Below, piece by piece: positions 13,801 through 28,800 of a stretch of 64,000 nt of DNA; positions within the stretch are counted from its first letter, which is position 1; the number at the start of each line of letters is the position of its first letter. The DNA is from Squalus acanthias (taxonomy: Eukaryota): NCBI GenBank assembly GCA_030390025.1, contig JASTWF010000349.1, forward strand, positions 124,001 through 188,000, written 5' to 3'. The position numbers and the translations under genes are program-made. The notes under the pieces were generated by a model. That model was given only the letters and a program-made list of their open reading frames with translations. It did not search any database and was not told the DNA's origin.

Positions 13801-16800
13801 CTGGTAATAAGCAGAATCCAGACCCATGTCTGGTAATAAGCAGAACCAAGACCCATGTCTGGTAATAAGCAGAATCCAGACCAATGTCTGGTAATAAGCA
13901 GAATCCAGACAATGTCTGGTAATAAGCGGAATCCAGACCAATGTTTGGTAATAAGCAGAGAATCCAGACAATGTCTGGTAATAAGCAGAATCCAGACAAT
14001 GTCTGGTAATAAGCAGAATCCAGACAATGTCTGGTAATAAGCAGAATCCAGACAATGTCTGGTAATAAGCAGAATCCAGACAATGTCTGGTAATAAGCAG
14101 AATCCAGGCCAATGTCTGGTAATAAGCAGAATCCAGACCAATGTCTGGTAATAAGCAGAATCCAGAAAATGACTGGTAATAAGCAGAATCCAGACAATGT
14201 CTGGTAATAAGCAGAATCCAGACAATGTCTGGTAATAAGCAGAATCCAGACCAACGTCTGGTAATAAGCAGAATCCAGACAATGTCTGGTAATAAGCAGA
14301 ATCCAGACAATGTCTGGTAATAAGCAGAATCCAGACAATGTCTGGTAATAAGCAGAATCCAGACAATGTCTGGTAATAAGCAGAATCCAGACAATGTCTG
14401 GTAATAAGCAGAATCCAGACAATGTCTGGTAATAAGCAGAATCCAGACAATGTCTGGTAATAAGCAGAATCCAGACAATGTCTGGTAATAAGCAGAATCC
14501 AGACAATGTCTGGTAATATGCAGAATCAGACAATGTCTGGTAATAAGCAGAATCCAGACAATGTCTGGTAATAAGCAGAATCCAGACAATGTCTGGTAAT
14601 AAGCAGAATCCAGACAATGTCTGGTAATAAGCAGAATCCAGACAATGTCTGAGAATAAGCAGAATCCAGACAATGTCTGGTAATAAGCAGAATCCAGACA
14701 ATGTCTGGTAATAAGCAGAATCCAGACAATGTCTGGTAATAAGCAGAATCCAGACAATGTCTGGTAATAAGCAGAATCCAGACAATGTCTGGTAATAAGC
14801 AGAATCCAGACCAATGTCTGGTAATAAGCAGAATCCAGACAATGTCTGGTAATAAGCAGAATCCAGACCAATGTCTGGTAATAAGCAGAATCCAGACAAT
14901 GTCTGGTAATAAGCAGAATCCAGACAATGTCTGGTAATAAGCAGAATCCAGACAATGTCTGGTAATAAGCAGAATCCAGACAATGTCTGGTAATAAGCAG
15001 AATCCAGACAATGTCTGGTAATAAGCAGAATCCAGACAATGTCTGGTAATAAGCAGAATCCAGACAATGTCTGGTAATAAGCAGAATCCAGACAATGTCT
15101 GGTAATAAGCAGAATCCAGACACATGTCTGGTAATAAGCAGAATCCAGACAATGTCTGGTAATAAGCAGAATCCAGACAATGTCTGGTAATAAGCAGAAT
15201 CCAGACCAACGTCTGGTAATAAGCAGAATCCAGACAATGTCTGGTAATAAGCAGAATCCAGACAATGTCTGGTAATAAGCAGAATCCAGACAATGTCTGG
15301 TAATAAGCAGAATCCAGACAATGTCTGGTAATAAGCAGAATCCAGACAATGTCTGGTAATAAGCAGAATCCAGACAATGTCTGGTAATAAGCAGAATCCA
15401 GACAATGTCTGGTAATAAGCAGAATCCAGACACATGTCTGGTAATAAGCAGAATCCAGACAATGTCTGGTAATAAGCAGAATCCAGACAATGTCTGGTAA
15501 TAAGCAGAATCCAGACAATGTCTGGTAATAAGCAGAATCCAGACAATGTCTGGTAATAAGCAGAATCCAGACAATGTCTGGTAATAAGCAGAATCCAGAC
15601 AATGTCTGGTAATAAGCAGAATCCAGACAATGTCTGGTAATAAGCAGAATCAGACAATGTCTGGTAATAAGCAGAATCCAGACAATGTCTGGTAATAAGC
15701 AGAATCCAGACAATGTCTGGTAATAAGCAGAATCCAGACAATGTCTGGTAATAAGCAGAATCCAGACAATGTCTGGTAATAAGCAGAATCCAGACAACGT
15801 CTGCTAATAAGCAGAATCCAGACAATGTCTGGTAATAAGCAGAATCCAGACAATGTCTGGTAATAAGCAGAATCCAGACAATGTCTGGTAATAAGCAGAA
15901 TCCAGACAATGTCTGGTAATATGCAGAATCCAGACAATGTCTGGTAATAAGCAGAATCCAGACAATGTCTGGTAATAAGCAGAATCCAGACAATGTCTGG
16001 TAATAAGCAGAATCCAGACAATGTCTGGTAATAAGCAGAATCCAGACAATGTCTGGTAATAAGCAGAATCCAGACAATGTCTGGTAATAAGCAGAATCCA
16101 GACAATGTCTGGTAATAAGCAGAATCCAGACCAATGTCTGGTAATAAGCAGAATCCAGACAATGTCTGGTAATAAGCAGAATCCAGACAATGTCTGGTAA
16201 TAAGCAGAATCCAGACAATGTCTGGTAATAAGCAGAATCCAGACAATGTCTGGTAATAAGCAGAATCCAGACACATGTCTGGTAATAAGCAGAATCCAGA
16301 CAATGTCTGGTAATAAGCAGAATCCAGACAATGTCTGGTAATAAGCAGAATCCAGACAATGTCTGGTAATAAGCAGAATCCAGACAATGTCTGGTAATAA
16401 GCAGAATCCAGACAATGTCTGGTAATAAGCAGAATCCAGACAATGTCTGGTAATAAGCAGAATCCAGACAATGTCTGGTAATAAGCAGAATCCAGACAAT
16501 GTCTGGTAATAAGCAGAATCCAGACAATGTCTGGTAATAAGCAGAATCCAGACAATGTCTGGTAATAAGCAGAATCCAGACAATGTCTGGTAATAAGCAG
16601 AATCCAGACAATGTCTGGTAATAAGCAGAATCCAGACCAATGTCTGGTAATAAGCAGAATCCAGACAATGTCTGGTAATAAGCAGAATCCAGACAATGTC
16701 TGGTAATAAGCAGAATCCAGACAATGTCTGGTAATAAGCAGAATCCAGACAATGTCTGGTAATAAGCAGAATCCAGACAATGTCTGGTAATAAGCAGAAT

Positions 16801-19800
16801 CCAGACAATGTCTGGTAATAAGCAGAATCCAGACAATGTCTGGTAATAAGCAGAATCCAGACAATGTCTGGTAATAAGCAGAATCCAGACAATGTCTGGT
16901 AATAAGCAGAATCCAGACAATGTCTGGTAATAAGCAGAATCCAGACAATGTCTGGTAATAAGCAGAATCCAGACAATGTCTGGTAATAAGCAGAATCCAG
17001 ACAATGTCTGGTAATAAGCAGAATCCAGACAATGTCTGGTAATAAGCAGAATCCAGACAATGTCTGGTAATAAGCAGAATCCAGACAATGTCTGGTAATA
17101 AGCAGAATCCAGACAATGTCTGGTAATAAGCAGAATCCAGACAATGTCTGGTAATAAGCAGAATCCAGACAATGTCTGGTAATAAGCAGAATCCAGACAA
17201 TGTCTGGTAATAAGCAGAATCCAGACAATGTCTGGTAATAAGCAGAATCCAGACAATGTCTGGTAATAAGCAGAATCCAGACAATGTCTGGTAATAAGCA
17301 GAATCCAGACAATGTCTGGTAATAAGCAGAATCCAGACAATGTCTGGTAATAAGCAGAATCCAGACAATGTCTGGTAATAAGCAGAATCCAGACAATGTC
17401 TGGTAATAAGCAGAATCCAGACAATGTCTGGTAATAAGCAGAATCCAGACAATGTCTGGTAATAAGCAGAATCCAGACAATGTCTGGTAATAAGCAGAAT
17501 CCAGACAATGTCTGGTAATAAGCAGAATCCAGACAATGTCTGGTAATAAGCAGAATCCAGACAATGTCTGGTAATAAGCAGAATCCAGACAATGTCTGGT
17601 AATAAGCAGAATCCAGACAATGTCTGGTAATAAGCAGAATCCAGACAATGTCTGGTAATAAGCAGAATCCAGACAACGTCTGGTAATAAGCAGAATCCAG
17701 ACAATGTCTGGTAATAAGCAGAATCCAGACAATGTCTGGTAATAAGCAGAATCCAGACAATGTCTGGTAATAAGCAGAATCCAGACAATGTCTGGTAATA
17801 AGCAGAATCCAGACAATGTCTGGTAATAAGCAGAATCCAGACAATGTCTGGTAATAAGCAGAATCCAGACAATGTCTGGTAATAAGCAGAATCCAGAAAT
17901 GTCTGGTAATAAGCAGAATCCAGACAATGTCTGGTAATAAGCAGAATCCAGACATTGTCTGATATAAGCAGAATCCAGCCAATGTCTCGGTAATAAGCAG
18001 AATCCAGACAATGTCTGGTAATAAGCAGAATCCAGACAATGTCTGGTAATAAGCAGAATCCAGACAAGTCTGGTAATAAGCAGAATCCAGACAATGTCTG
18101 GTAATAAGCAGAATCCAGACAATGTCTGGTACATAAGCAGAATCCAGACAATGACTGGTATAGCAGGATCAGACATGTCTGGTAATAAGCAGAATCCAGA
18201 CAATGTCGGTAATAAGCAGAATCCAGTCAATGTCTGGTAATAGCAGAATCCAGACAATGTTGGTAATAAGAGAATCCAGACAATGTCTGGTAATAAGCAG
18301 AATCCAGACAATGTGGTAATAAGCAGAATCCAGACAATGTCTGGTAATAAGCAGAATCCAGACACATGTCTGGTAATAAGCAGAATCCAGATCAATGTCT
18401 GGTAATAAGCAGAATCCAGACCAATGTCTGGTAATAAGCAGAATCCAGACAACGTCTGGTAATAAGCAGAATCCAGACAACGTCTGGTAATAAGCAGAAT
18501 CCAGACAATGTCTGGTAATAAGCAGAATCCAGACAGACATCTGGTAATAAGCAGAATCTAGACCTACGTCTGGTAATAAGCAGAATCCAAACAATGTCTG
18601 GTAATAAACAGAATCCAGACCTACGTCTGGTAATAAGCAGAATCCAAACAATGTCTGGTAATAAGCAGAATCCAGACAATGTCAGGTAATAAGCAGAATC
18701 CAGACAATGTCTGGAAATAAGCAGAATCCAGACCAACGTCTGGTAATAAGCAGAATCCAGACAATGTCTGGTAATAAGCAGAATCCAGACACATGTCTGG
18801 TAATAAGCAGAATCCAGAAAATGTCTGGTAATAGGCATAATCGAGACAATGTCTGATAATAAGCAGAATCCAGACACATGTCTGGGAATAAGCAGAATCC
18901 AGACACATGTCTGGAATAAGCAGAATCCAGACGAATATCTGGTAATAAGCAGAATCCAGACCAACATCTGCTAATAAGCAGAATCCAGACAATGTCTGGT
19001 AATAAGCAGAATCAGACAATGTCTGGTAATAAGCAGAATCCAGACAATGTCTGGTAATAAGCAGAATCCAGACAATGTCTGGTAATAAGCAGAATCCAGA
19101 CAATGTCTGGTAATAAGCAGAATCCAGACAATGTCTGGTAATAAGCAGAATCCAGACAATGTCTGGTAATAAGCAGAATCCAGACAATGTCTGGTAATAA
19201 GCAGAATCCAGACAATGTCTGGTAATAAGCAGAATCCAGACAATGTCTGGTAATAAGCAGAATCCAGACAATGTCTGGTAATAAGCAGAATCCAGACAAT
19301 GTCTGGTAATAAGCAGAATCCAGACAATGTCTGGTAATAAGCAGAATCCAGACAATGTCTGGTAATAAGCAGAATCCAGACAATGTCTGGTAATAAGCAG
19401 AATCCAGACAATGTCTGGTAATAAGCAGAATCCAGACCAATGTCTGGTAATAAGCAGAATCCAGACAATGTCTGGTAATAAGCAGAATCCAGACAATGTC
19501 TGGTAATAAGCAGAATCCAGACAATGTCTGGTAATAAGCAGAATCCAGACAATGTCTGGTAATAAGCAGAATCCAGACAATGTCTGGTAATAAGCAGAAT
19601 CCAGACAATGTCTGGTAATAAGCAGAATCCAGACAATGTCTTGTAATAAGCAGAATCCAGACAATGTCTGGTAATAAGCAGAATCCAGATAATGTCTGGT
19701 AATAAGCAGAATCCAGACAATATCTGGTAATAAGCAGAATCCAGACAATGTGCGATAATAAGCAGAATCCAGGCAATGTCTGGTAATAGGCAGAATCCAG

Positions 19801-22800
19801 ACAATGTCTGGTAGTAAGCAGAATCCAGACAATGTCTGGTAATATGCAGAATCCAGACAATGTCTGGTAATAAGCAGAATCCAGACAATGTCTGGTAATA
19901 AGCAGAATCCAGACAATGTCTGGTAATAAGCAGAATCCAGACAATGTCTGGTAATAAGCAGAATCCAGACAATGTCTGGTAATAAGCAGAATCCAGACAA
20001 TGTCTGGTAATAAGCAGAATCCAGACAATGTCTGGAAAAAGCAGATCCAGACAAAGTCTGCAATAAGCAGAATCCAGACAATGTCTGGTAATAAGCAGAA
20101 TCCAGACACATGTCTGGGAATAAGCAGAATCCAGATGAATATCTGGTAATAAGCAGAATCCAGACAATGTCTGGTAATAAGCAGAATCCAGACCAATGTT
20201 TGGTAATAAGCAGAGAATCCAGACAATGTCTGGTAATAATCAGAATCCAGGCCAATGTCTGGTAATAAGCAGAATCCAGACAATGTCTGGTAATAAGCAG
20301 AATCCAGACAATGTCTGGTAATAAGCAGAATCCAGACAATGTCTGGTAATAAGCAGAATCCAGACCAATGTCTGGTAATAAGCAGAATCCAGACCAATGT
20401 CTGGTAATAAGCAGAATCCAGACAATGTCTGGTAATAAGCAGAATCCAGACAATGTCTGGTAATAAGCAGAATCCAGACCTACGTCTGGTAATAAGCAGA
20501 ATCCAGAGAATGTCTGGTAATAAGCAGAATCCAGACAATGTCTGGTAATAAGCAGAATCCAGACAATGTCTGGTAATAAGCAGAATCCAGACAATGTCTG
20601 TAATAAGCAGAATCCAGACAATGTCTGGTATAAGCAGAATCCAGACAATGTCTGGTAATAAGCAGAATCCAGACCAATGTCTGGTAATAAGCAGAATCCA
20701 GACAATGTCTGGTAATAAGCAGAATCCAGACAATGTCTGGTAATAAGCAGAATCCAGACAATGTCTGGTAATAAGCAGAATCAGACAATGTCTGGTAATA
20801 AGCAGAATCCAGACAATGTCTGGTAATAAGCAGAATCCAGACAATGTCTGGTAATAAGCAGAATCCAGACAATGTCTGGTAATAAGCAGAATCCAGACAA
20901 TGTCTGGTAATAAGCAGAATCCAGACAATGTCTGGTAATAAGCAGAATCCAGACAATGTCTGGTAATAAGCAGAATCCAGACAAAGTCTGTAATAAGCAG
21001 AATCCAGACAATGTCTGGTAATAAGCAGAATCCAGATCAATGTCTGGTAATAAACAGAATACAGACCAATGTCTGGTAATAAGCAGAATCCAGACAATGT
21101 CTGGTAATAAGCAGAATCCAGACAATGTCTGGTAATAAGCAGAATCCAGACAATGTCTGGTAATAAGCAGAATCCAGACAATGTCTGGTAATAAGCAGAA
21201 TCCAGACAATGTCTGGTAATAAGCAGAATCCAGACAATGTCTGGTAATAAGCAGAATCCAGACAATGTCTGGTAATAAGCAGAATCCAGACCAATGTCTG
21301 GTAATAAGCAGAATCCAGACCAACGTCTGGTAATAAGCAGAATCCAGACAATGTCTGGTAATAAGCAGAATCCAGACAATGTCTGGTAATAAGCAGAATC
21401 CAGACAATGTCTGGTAATAAGCAGAATCCAGACAATGTCTGGTAATAAGCAGAATCCAGACAACTGTCTGGTAATAAGCAAATCCAGACAATGTCTGGTA
21501 ATAAGCAGAATCCAGACAATGTCTGGTAATAAGCAGAATCCAGACCAACGTCTGGTAATAAGCAGAATCCAGACAATGTCTGGTATTAAGCGGAATCCAG
21601 ACCAATGTCTGGTATAAGCAGAATGCAGAACAATGTCTGGTAATAAGCAGAATCCAGACAATGTCTGGTAATAAGCAGAATCCAGACAATGTCTGGTAAT
21701 AAGCAGAATCCAGACAATGTCTGGTATAAGCAGAATGCAGAACAATGTCTGGTAATAAGCAGAATCCAGACAATGTCTGGTAATAAGCAGAATCCAGACA
21801 ATGTCTGGTAATAAGCAGAATCCAGACAATGTCTGGTAATAAGCAGAATCCAGACAATGTCTGGTAATAAGCAGAATCCAGACAATGTCTGGTAATAAGC
21901 AGAATCCAGACAATGTCTGGTAATAAGCAGAATCCAGACAATGTCTGGTAATAAGCAGAATCCAGACAATGTCTGGTAATAAGCAGAATCCAGACAATGT
22001 CTGGTAATAAGCAGAATCCAGACAATGTCTGGTAATAAGCAGAATCCAGACAATGTCTGGTAATAAGCAGAATCCAGACAATGTCTGGTAATAAGCAGAA
22101 TCCAGACAATGTCTGGTAATAAGCAGAATCCAGACAATGTCTGGAATAAGCAGAATCAGCAGTCTGGAAGCAGAATCCAGACAATGTCTGGTAATAGCAG
22201 AATCCAGACAAAGTCTGGTAATAAGCAGATCCAGACAATGTCTGGTAATAAGCAGAATCCAGACAATGTCTGGTAATAAGCAGAATCCAGACAATGTCTG
22301 GTAATAAGCAGAATCCAGACAATGTCTGGTAATAAGCAGAATCCAGACAATGTCTGGTAATAAGCAGAATCCAGACAATGTCTGGTAATAAGCAGAATCC
22401 AGACAATGTCTGGTAATAGCAGAATCCAGACAATGTCTGGTAATAAGCAAATACAGACAATGTCTGGTAATAAGCAGAATCCAGACAATGTCTGGTAATA
22501 AGCAGAATCCAGACAATGTCTGGTAAAAGCAGAATCCAGACAATGTCTGGTATAAGCAGAATCCAGACAATGCTGTAATAAGCAGAATCCAGACAATATC
22601 TGGTAATAAGCAGAATCCAGACAATGTCTGGTAATAAGCAGAATCCAGACAATGTCTGGTAATAAGCAGAATCCAGACAATGTCTGGTAATAAGCAGAAT
22701 CCAGACAATGTCTGGTAATAGCAGAATCAGACAATGTCTGGTAATAAGCAGAATCCAGACAATGTCTGGTAATAAGCAGAATTCCAGACAATGTCTGGTA

Positions 22801-25800
22801 ATAAGCAGAATCCAGACAATGTCTGGTAATAAGCAGAATCCAGACAATGTCTGGTAATAAGCAGAATCCAGACAATGTCTGGTAATAAGCAGAATCCAGA
22901 CCAACGTCTGGTAATAAGCAGAATCCAGACCAACGTCTGGTAATAAGCAGAATCCAGACAATGTCTGGTAATAAGCAGAATCCAGAGCAATGTCTGGTAA
23001 TAAGCAGAATCCAGACAATGTCTGGTAATAAGCAGAATCCAGACAATGTCTGGTGATAAGCAGAATCCAGACAATGTCTGGTAATAAGCAGAATCCAGAC
23101 AATGTCTGGTAATAAGCAGAATCCAGACCAACGTCTGGTAATAAGCAGAATCCAGACAATGTCTGGTAATAAGCAGAATCCAGACAATGTCTGGTAATAA
23201 GCAGAATCCAGAGCAATGTCTGGTAATAAGCAGAATCCAGACAATGTCTGGTAATAAGCAGAATCCAGACAACGTCTGGTAATAAGCAGAATCCAGACAA
23301 TGTCTGGTAATAAGCAGAATCCAGACAATGTCTGGTAATAAGCAGAATCCAGACAATGTCTGGTAATAAGCAGAATCCAGACAATGTCTGGTAATAGCAG
23401 AATCCAGACAATGTCTGGTAATAAGCAGAATCCAGACAATGTCTGGTAATAAGCAGAATCCAGACAATGTCTGGTAATAAGCAGAATCCAGACAATGTCT
23501 GGTAATAAGCAGAATCCAGACAATTCTGGTAATAAGCAGAATCCAGACCAATGTCGGAATAAGCAGAATCGATAATGTCTGGTAATAAGCAGAATCCAGA
23601 CAATGTCTGGTAATAAGCAGAATCCAGACAATGTCTGGTAATAGCAGAATCCAGACAATGTCTGGTAATAAGCAGAATCCAGACAATGTCTGGTAATAAG
23701 CAGAATCCAGACAATAGTCTGGGAATAAGCAGAATCCAGACAATGTCTGGGTAATAAGCAGAATCCAGACAATGTCTGGTAATAAGCAGATTCCAGACAT
23801 GTCTGGTAATATGCAGAATCAGACCATGTCTGGTAATAAGCAGAATCCAGACAATGTCTGGTAATAAGCAGAATACAGACAATGTCTGGTAATAAGCAGA
23901 ATCCAGAACAATTCTGGTAATAAGCAGAATCCAGAACAATGTCTGGTAATAAGCAGAATCAGACAATGTCTGGTAATAAGCAGAATCCAGACAATGTCTG
24001 ATAATAAGCAGAATCCAGACATGTCTGGTAATAAGCAGAATCCAGACAATGTCTGGTAATATGCAGAATCCAGACTAATGTCTGGTAATAAGCAGAATCC
24101 AGACAATGTCTGGTATAAAGCAGAATCCAGACAATGTCTGGTAATAAGCAGAATCCAGACCAATGTCTGGTAATAAGCAGAATCCAGACAATGTCTGGTA
24201 ATAAGCAGAATCCAGACAATGTCTGGTAATAAGCAGAATCCAGACAAAGTCTGGTGATAAACAGATACAACAATGTCTGGTCAATAAGCAGAATCCTGTC
24301 AATGTCTGGTAATAAGCAAGAATCCAGAACAATGTCTGGTAATAAGAGAATCCAGACAATGTCTGGTAATAAGCAGAATCCAGACCAATGTCTGGTAATA
24401 AGCAGAATCCAGACAATGTCTGGTAATAAGCAGAATCCAGTCAATGTCTGGTAATAAGCAGAATCCAGAACAATGTCTGGTAGTAATCAGAATCCAGCCA
24501 ATGGTCTGGTAATAAGCAGAATCCAGACAATGTCTGGTAATAAGCAGAATCCAGACAATGTCTGGTAATAAGCAGAATCCAGACAATGTCTGGTAATAAG
24601 CAGAATCCAGGCCAATGTCTGGTAATAAGCAGAATCCAGACAATGTCTGGTAATAAGCAGAATCCAGACAATGTCTGGTAATAAGCAGAATCCAGACAAT
24701 GTCTGGTAATAAGCAGAATCCAGACAATGTCTGGTAATAAGCAGAATCCAGACAATGTCTGGTAATAAGCAGAATCCAGACAATGTCTGGTAATAAGCAG
24801 AATCCAGACAATGTCTGGTAATAAGCAGAATCCAGACAATGTCTGGTAATAGCAGAATCCAGACAATGTCTGGTAATAAGCAGAATCCAGACAATGTCTG
24901 GTAATAAGCAGAATCCAGACAATGTCTGGTAATAAGCAGAATCCAGACAATGTCTGGTAATAAGCAGAATCCAGACAACGTCTGGTAATAAGCAGAATCC
25001 AGACAATGTCTGGTAATAAGCAGAATCCAGACAATGTCTGGTAATAAGCAGAATCAGACAATGTCTGGTAATAGGCAGAATCCAGACAATGTCTGGTAAT
25101 AAGCAGAATCCAGAAAATGTCTGGTAATAAGCAGAATCCAGACACGTCTGGTAATAAGCAGAATCCAGACAATGTCTGGTAATAAGCAGAATCCAGATCA
25201 ATGTCTGGTAATAAAGCATAATCAGACCTACGTCTGGTCATAAGCAGAATCCAGACACAGTCTGGTAATAAGCAGAATCCAGACAATGTCTGGTAATAAG
25301 CAGATCCAGAACAATGTCTGGTAAAAGCAGAATCCAGACAATGTCTGGTAATAAGCATAATCCAGACAATGTCTGGAATAAGCAGAGATCCAGACCAATG
25401 TCTGGTAATAAGCAGAATCCAGACAAATGTCTGGTAATAAGCAGAATCCAGACAATGTCTGGTAATAAGCAGAATCCAGACAATGTCTGGTAATAAGCAG
25501 AATCCAGACAATGTCTGGTAATAGTGCAGAATCTAGACACAGTCTGTAATAAGCAGAATCCAGACAATGTCTGGTAATAAGCAGAATGCCAGACAATGTC
25601 TGGTAATAAGCAGAATCCAGACCAATGTCTGGTAATAAGCAGAATCCAGACAATGTCTGGTAATAAGCAGATCCAGACAATGTCTGGTAATAAGCAGAAT
25701 CCAGACAATGTCTGGTAATAAGCAGAATCCAGGACCAATGTCTGGTAATAAGCAGAATCCAGACAATGTCTGGTAATAAGCAGAATCCAGACAATGTCTG

Positions 25801-28800
25801 GTAATAAGCAGAATCCAGACAATGTCTGGTAATAAGCAGAATCCAGACAATGTCTGGTAATAAGCAGAATCCAGACAATGTCTGGTAATAAGCAGAATCC
25901 AGACAATGTCTGGTAATAAGCAGAATCCAGACAATGTCTGGTAATAAGCAGAATCCAGACAATGTCTGGTAATAAGCAGAATCCAGACAATGTCTGGTAA
26001 TAAGCAGAATCCAGACAATGTCTGGTAATAAGCAGAATCCAGACAATGTCTGGTAATAAGCAGAATCCAGACAATGTCTGGTAATAAGCAGAATCCAGAC
26101 AATGTCTGGTAATAAGCAGAATCCAGACAATGTCTGGTAATAAGCAGAATCCAGACAATGTCTGGTAATAAGCAGAATCCAGACAATGTCTGGTAATAGC
26201 AGAATCCAGACAATGTCTGGTAATAAGCAGAATCCAGACAATGTCTGGTAATAAGCAGAATCCAGACAATGTCTGGGAATAAGCAGAATCCAGACAATGT
26301 CTGGTAATAAGCAGAATCCAGACAATGTCTGGTAATAAGCAGAATCCAGACAATGTCTGGTAATAAGCAGAATCCAGACAATGTCTGGTAATAAGCAGAA
26401 TCCAGACAATGTCTGGTAATAAGCAGAATCCAGACCAATGTCTGGTAATAAGCAGAATCCAGACAATGTCTGGTAATAAGCAGAATCCAGACAATGTCTG
26501 GTAATAAGCAGAATCCAGACAATGTCTGGTAATAAGCAGAATCCAGACAATGTCTGGTAATAAGCAGAATCCAGACAATGTCTGGTAATAAGCAGAATCC
26601 AGACAATGTCTGGTAATAAGCAGAATCCAGACAATGTCTGGTAATAAGCAGAATCCAGACAATGTCTGGTAATAAGCAGAATCCAGACAATGTCTGGTAA
26701 TAAGCAGAATCAGACAATGTCTGGTAATAAGCAGAATCCAGACAATGTCTGGTAATAAGCAGAATCCAGACAATGTCTGGTAATAAGCAGAATCCAGACA
26801 AAGTCTGTAATAAGCAGAATCCAGACAATGTCTGGTAATAAGCAGAATCCAGACAATGTCTGGTAATAAGCAGAATCCAGACAATGTCTGGTAATAAGCA
26901 GAATCCAGACAATGTCTGGTAATAAGCAGAATCCAGACAATGTCTGGTAATAAGCAGAATCCAGATAATGTCTGGTAATAAGCAGAATCCAGACAATGTC
27001 TGGTAATAAGCAGAATCCAGACAATGTCTGGTAATAAGCAGAATCCAGACAATGTCTGGTAATAAGCAGAATCCAGACAATGTCTGGTAATAAGCAGAAT
27101 CCAGACAATGTCTGGTAATAAGCAGAATCCAGACAATGTCTGGTAATAAGCAGAATCCAGACAATGTCTGGTAATAAGCAGAATCCAGACAATGTCTGGT
27201 AATAAGCAGAATCCAGACACTGTCTGGTAATAAGCAGAATCCAGACAATGTCTGGTAAAAAGCAGAATCCAGACAATGTCTGGTAATAAGCAGAATCCAG
27301 ACAATGTCTGGTAATAAGCAGAATCAGCTACAGGACCAAGTCTGGTAATAGCAGAATCCAGACAATGTCTGGTAATAAGCAGAATCCAGACCAATGTCTG
27401 GTAATAAGCAGAATCCAGACAATGTCTGGTAATAAGCAGAATCCAGACAATGTCTGGTAATAAGCAGAATCAGACAATGTCTGGTAATAAGCAGAATCCA
27501 GACAATGTCTGGAATAAGCAGAATCCAGACAATGTCTGGTACTAAGCAGAATCCAGACAATGTCTGGTAATAAGCAGAATCCAGACAATGTCCTGGGAAA
27601 TAGCAGAATCCAGACAATGTCTGGTAATAAGCAGAATCCAGACCAATGTCTGTAATAAGCAGAATCAGACAATGTCTGGTAATAAGCAGAATCAGGACAA
27701 TGTCTGGTAATAAGGCAGAATTCCAGACAATGTCTGGTAATAAGCAGAATCCAGACAATGTCTGGTAATAAGCAGAATCCAGACAATGTCTGGTAATAAG
27801 GCAGAATCCAGACAATGTCTGGTAATAAGCAGAATCCAGCCAATGTCTGGTAATAGCAGAATCCAGACAATGTCTGGTAATAAGCAGAATCCAGACAATG
27901 TCTGGTAATAAGCAGAATCCCAGACAATGGCTGGTAATAAGCAGAACCAGACAATGTCTGGTAATAAGCAGAATCCAGTCCAACGTCTGGTAATAAGCAT
28001 AATCCAGACCAACGTCTGGTAATAAGCAGAATCCAGACGAATATCTGGTAATAAGCAGAATCCAGACAATGTCTGGTAATAAGCAGAGAATCCAGACAAT
28101 GTCTGGTAATAAGTAGAATCCAGACAACGTCTGGTAATAAGCAGAATCCAGAAAAATGTCTGGTAATAAGCAGACTCCAGACCATTGTCTGGTAATAAGC
28201 AGAATCCAGACAATGTCTGGTAATAAGCAGAATCCAGACCAATGTCTGGTAATAAGCAGAATCTAAACCTACGTCTGGTAGCATGCAGAATCTAGACCTA
28301 TGTCTGGTAATAAGCAGAATCTAGACCAATGTCTGGTAATAAGTAGAATCCAGACAATGTCTGGTAATAAGCAGAATCCAGACAATGTCTGGTAATAAGC
28401 AGAATCCAGACAATGTCTGGTAATAAGCAGAATCCAGACAATGTCTGGTAATAAGCAGAATCCAGACAATGTCTGGTAATAAGCAGAATCCAGACAATAT
28501 CTGGTAATAAGCAGAATCCAGACAATGTCGGTAATAAGCAGAATCCAGGCAATGTCTGGTAATATGCAGAATCCAGACAATGTCTGGTAATAAGCAGAAT
28601 CCAGACAATGTCTGGTAATAAGCAGAATCCAGACAATGTCTGGTAATAAGCAGAATCCAGACAATGTCTGGTAATAAGCAGAATCCAGACAATGTCTGGT
28701 AATAAGCAGAATCCAGACAATGTCTGGTAATAAGCAGAATCCAGACAATGTCTGGTAATAAGCAGAATCCAGACAATGTCTGGTAATAAGCAGAATCCAG

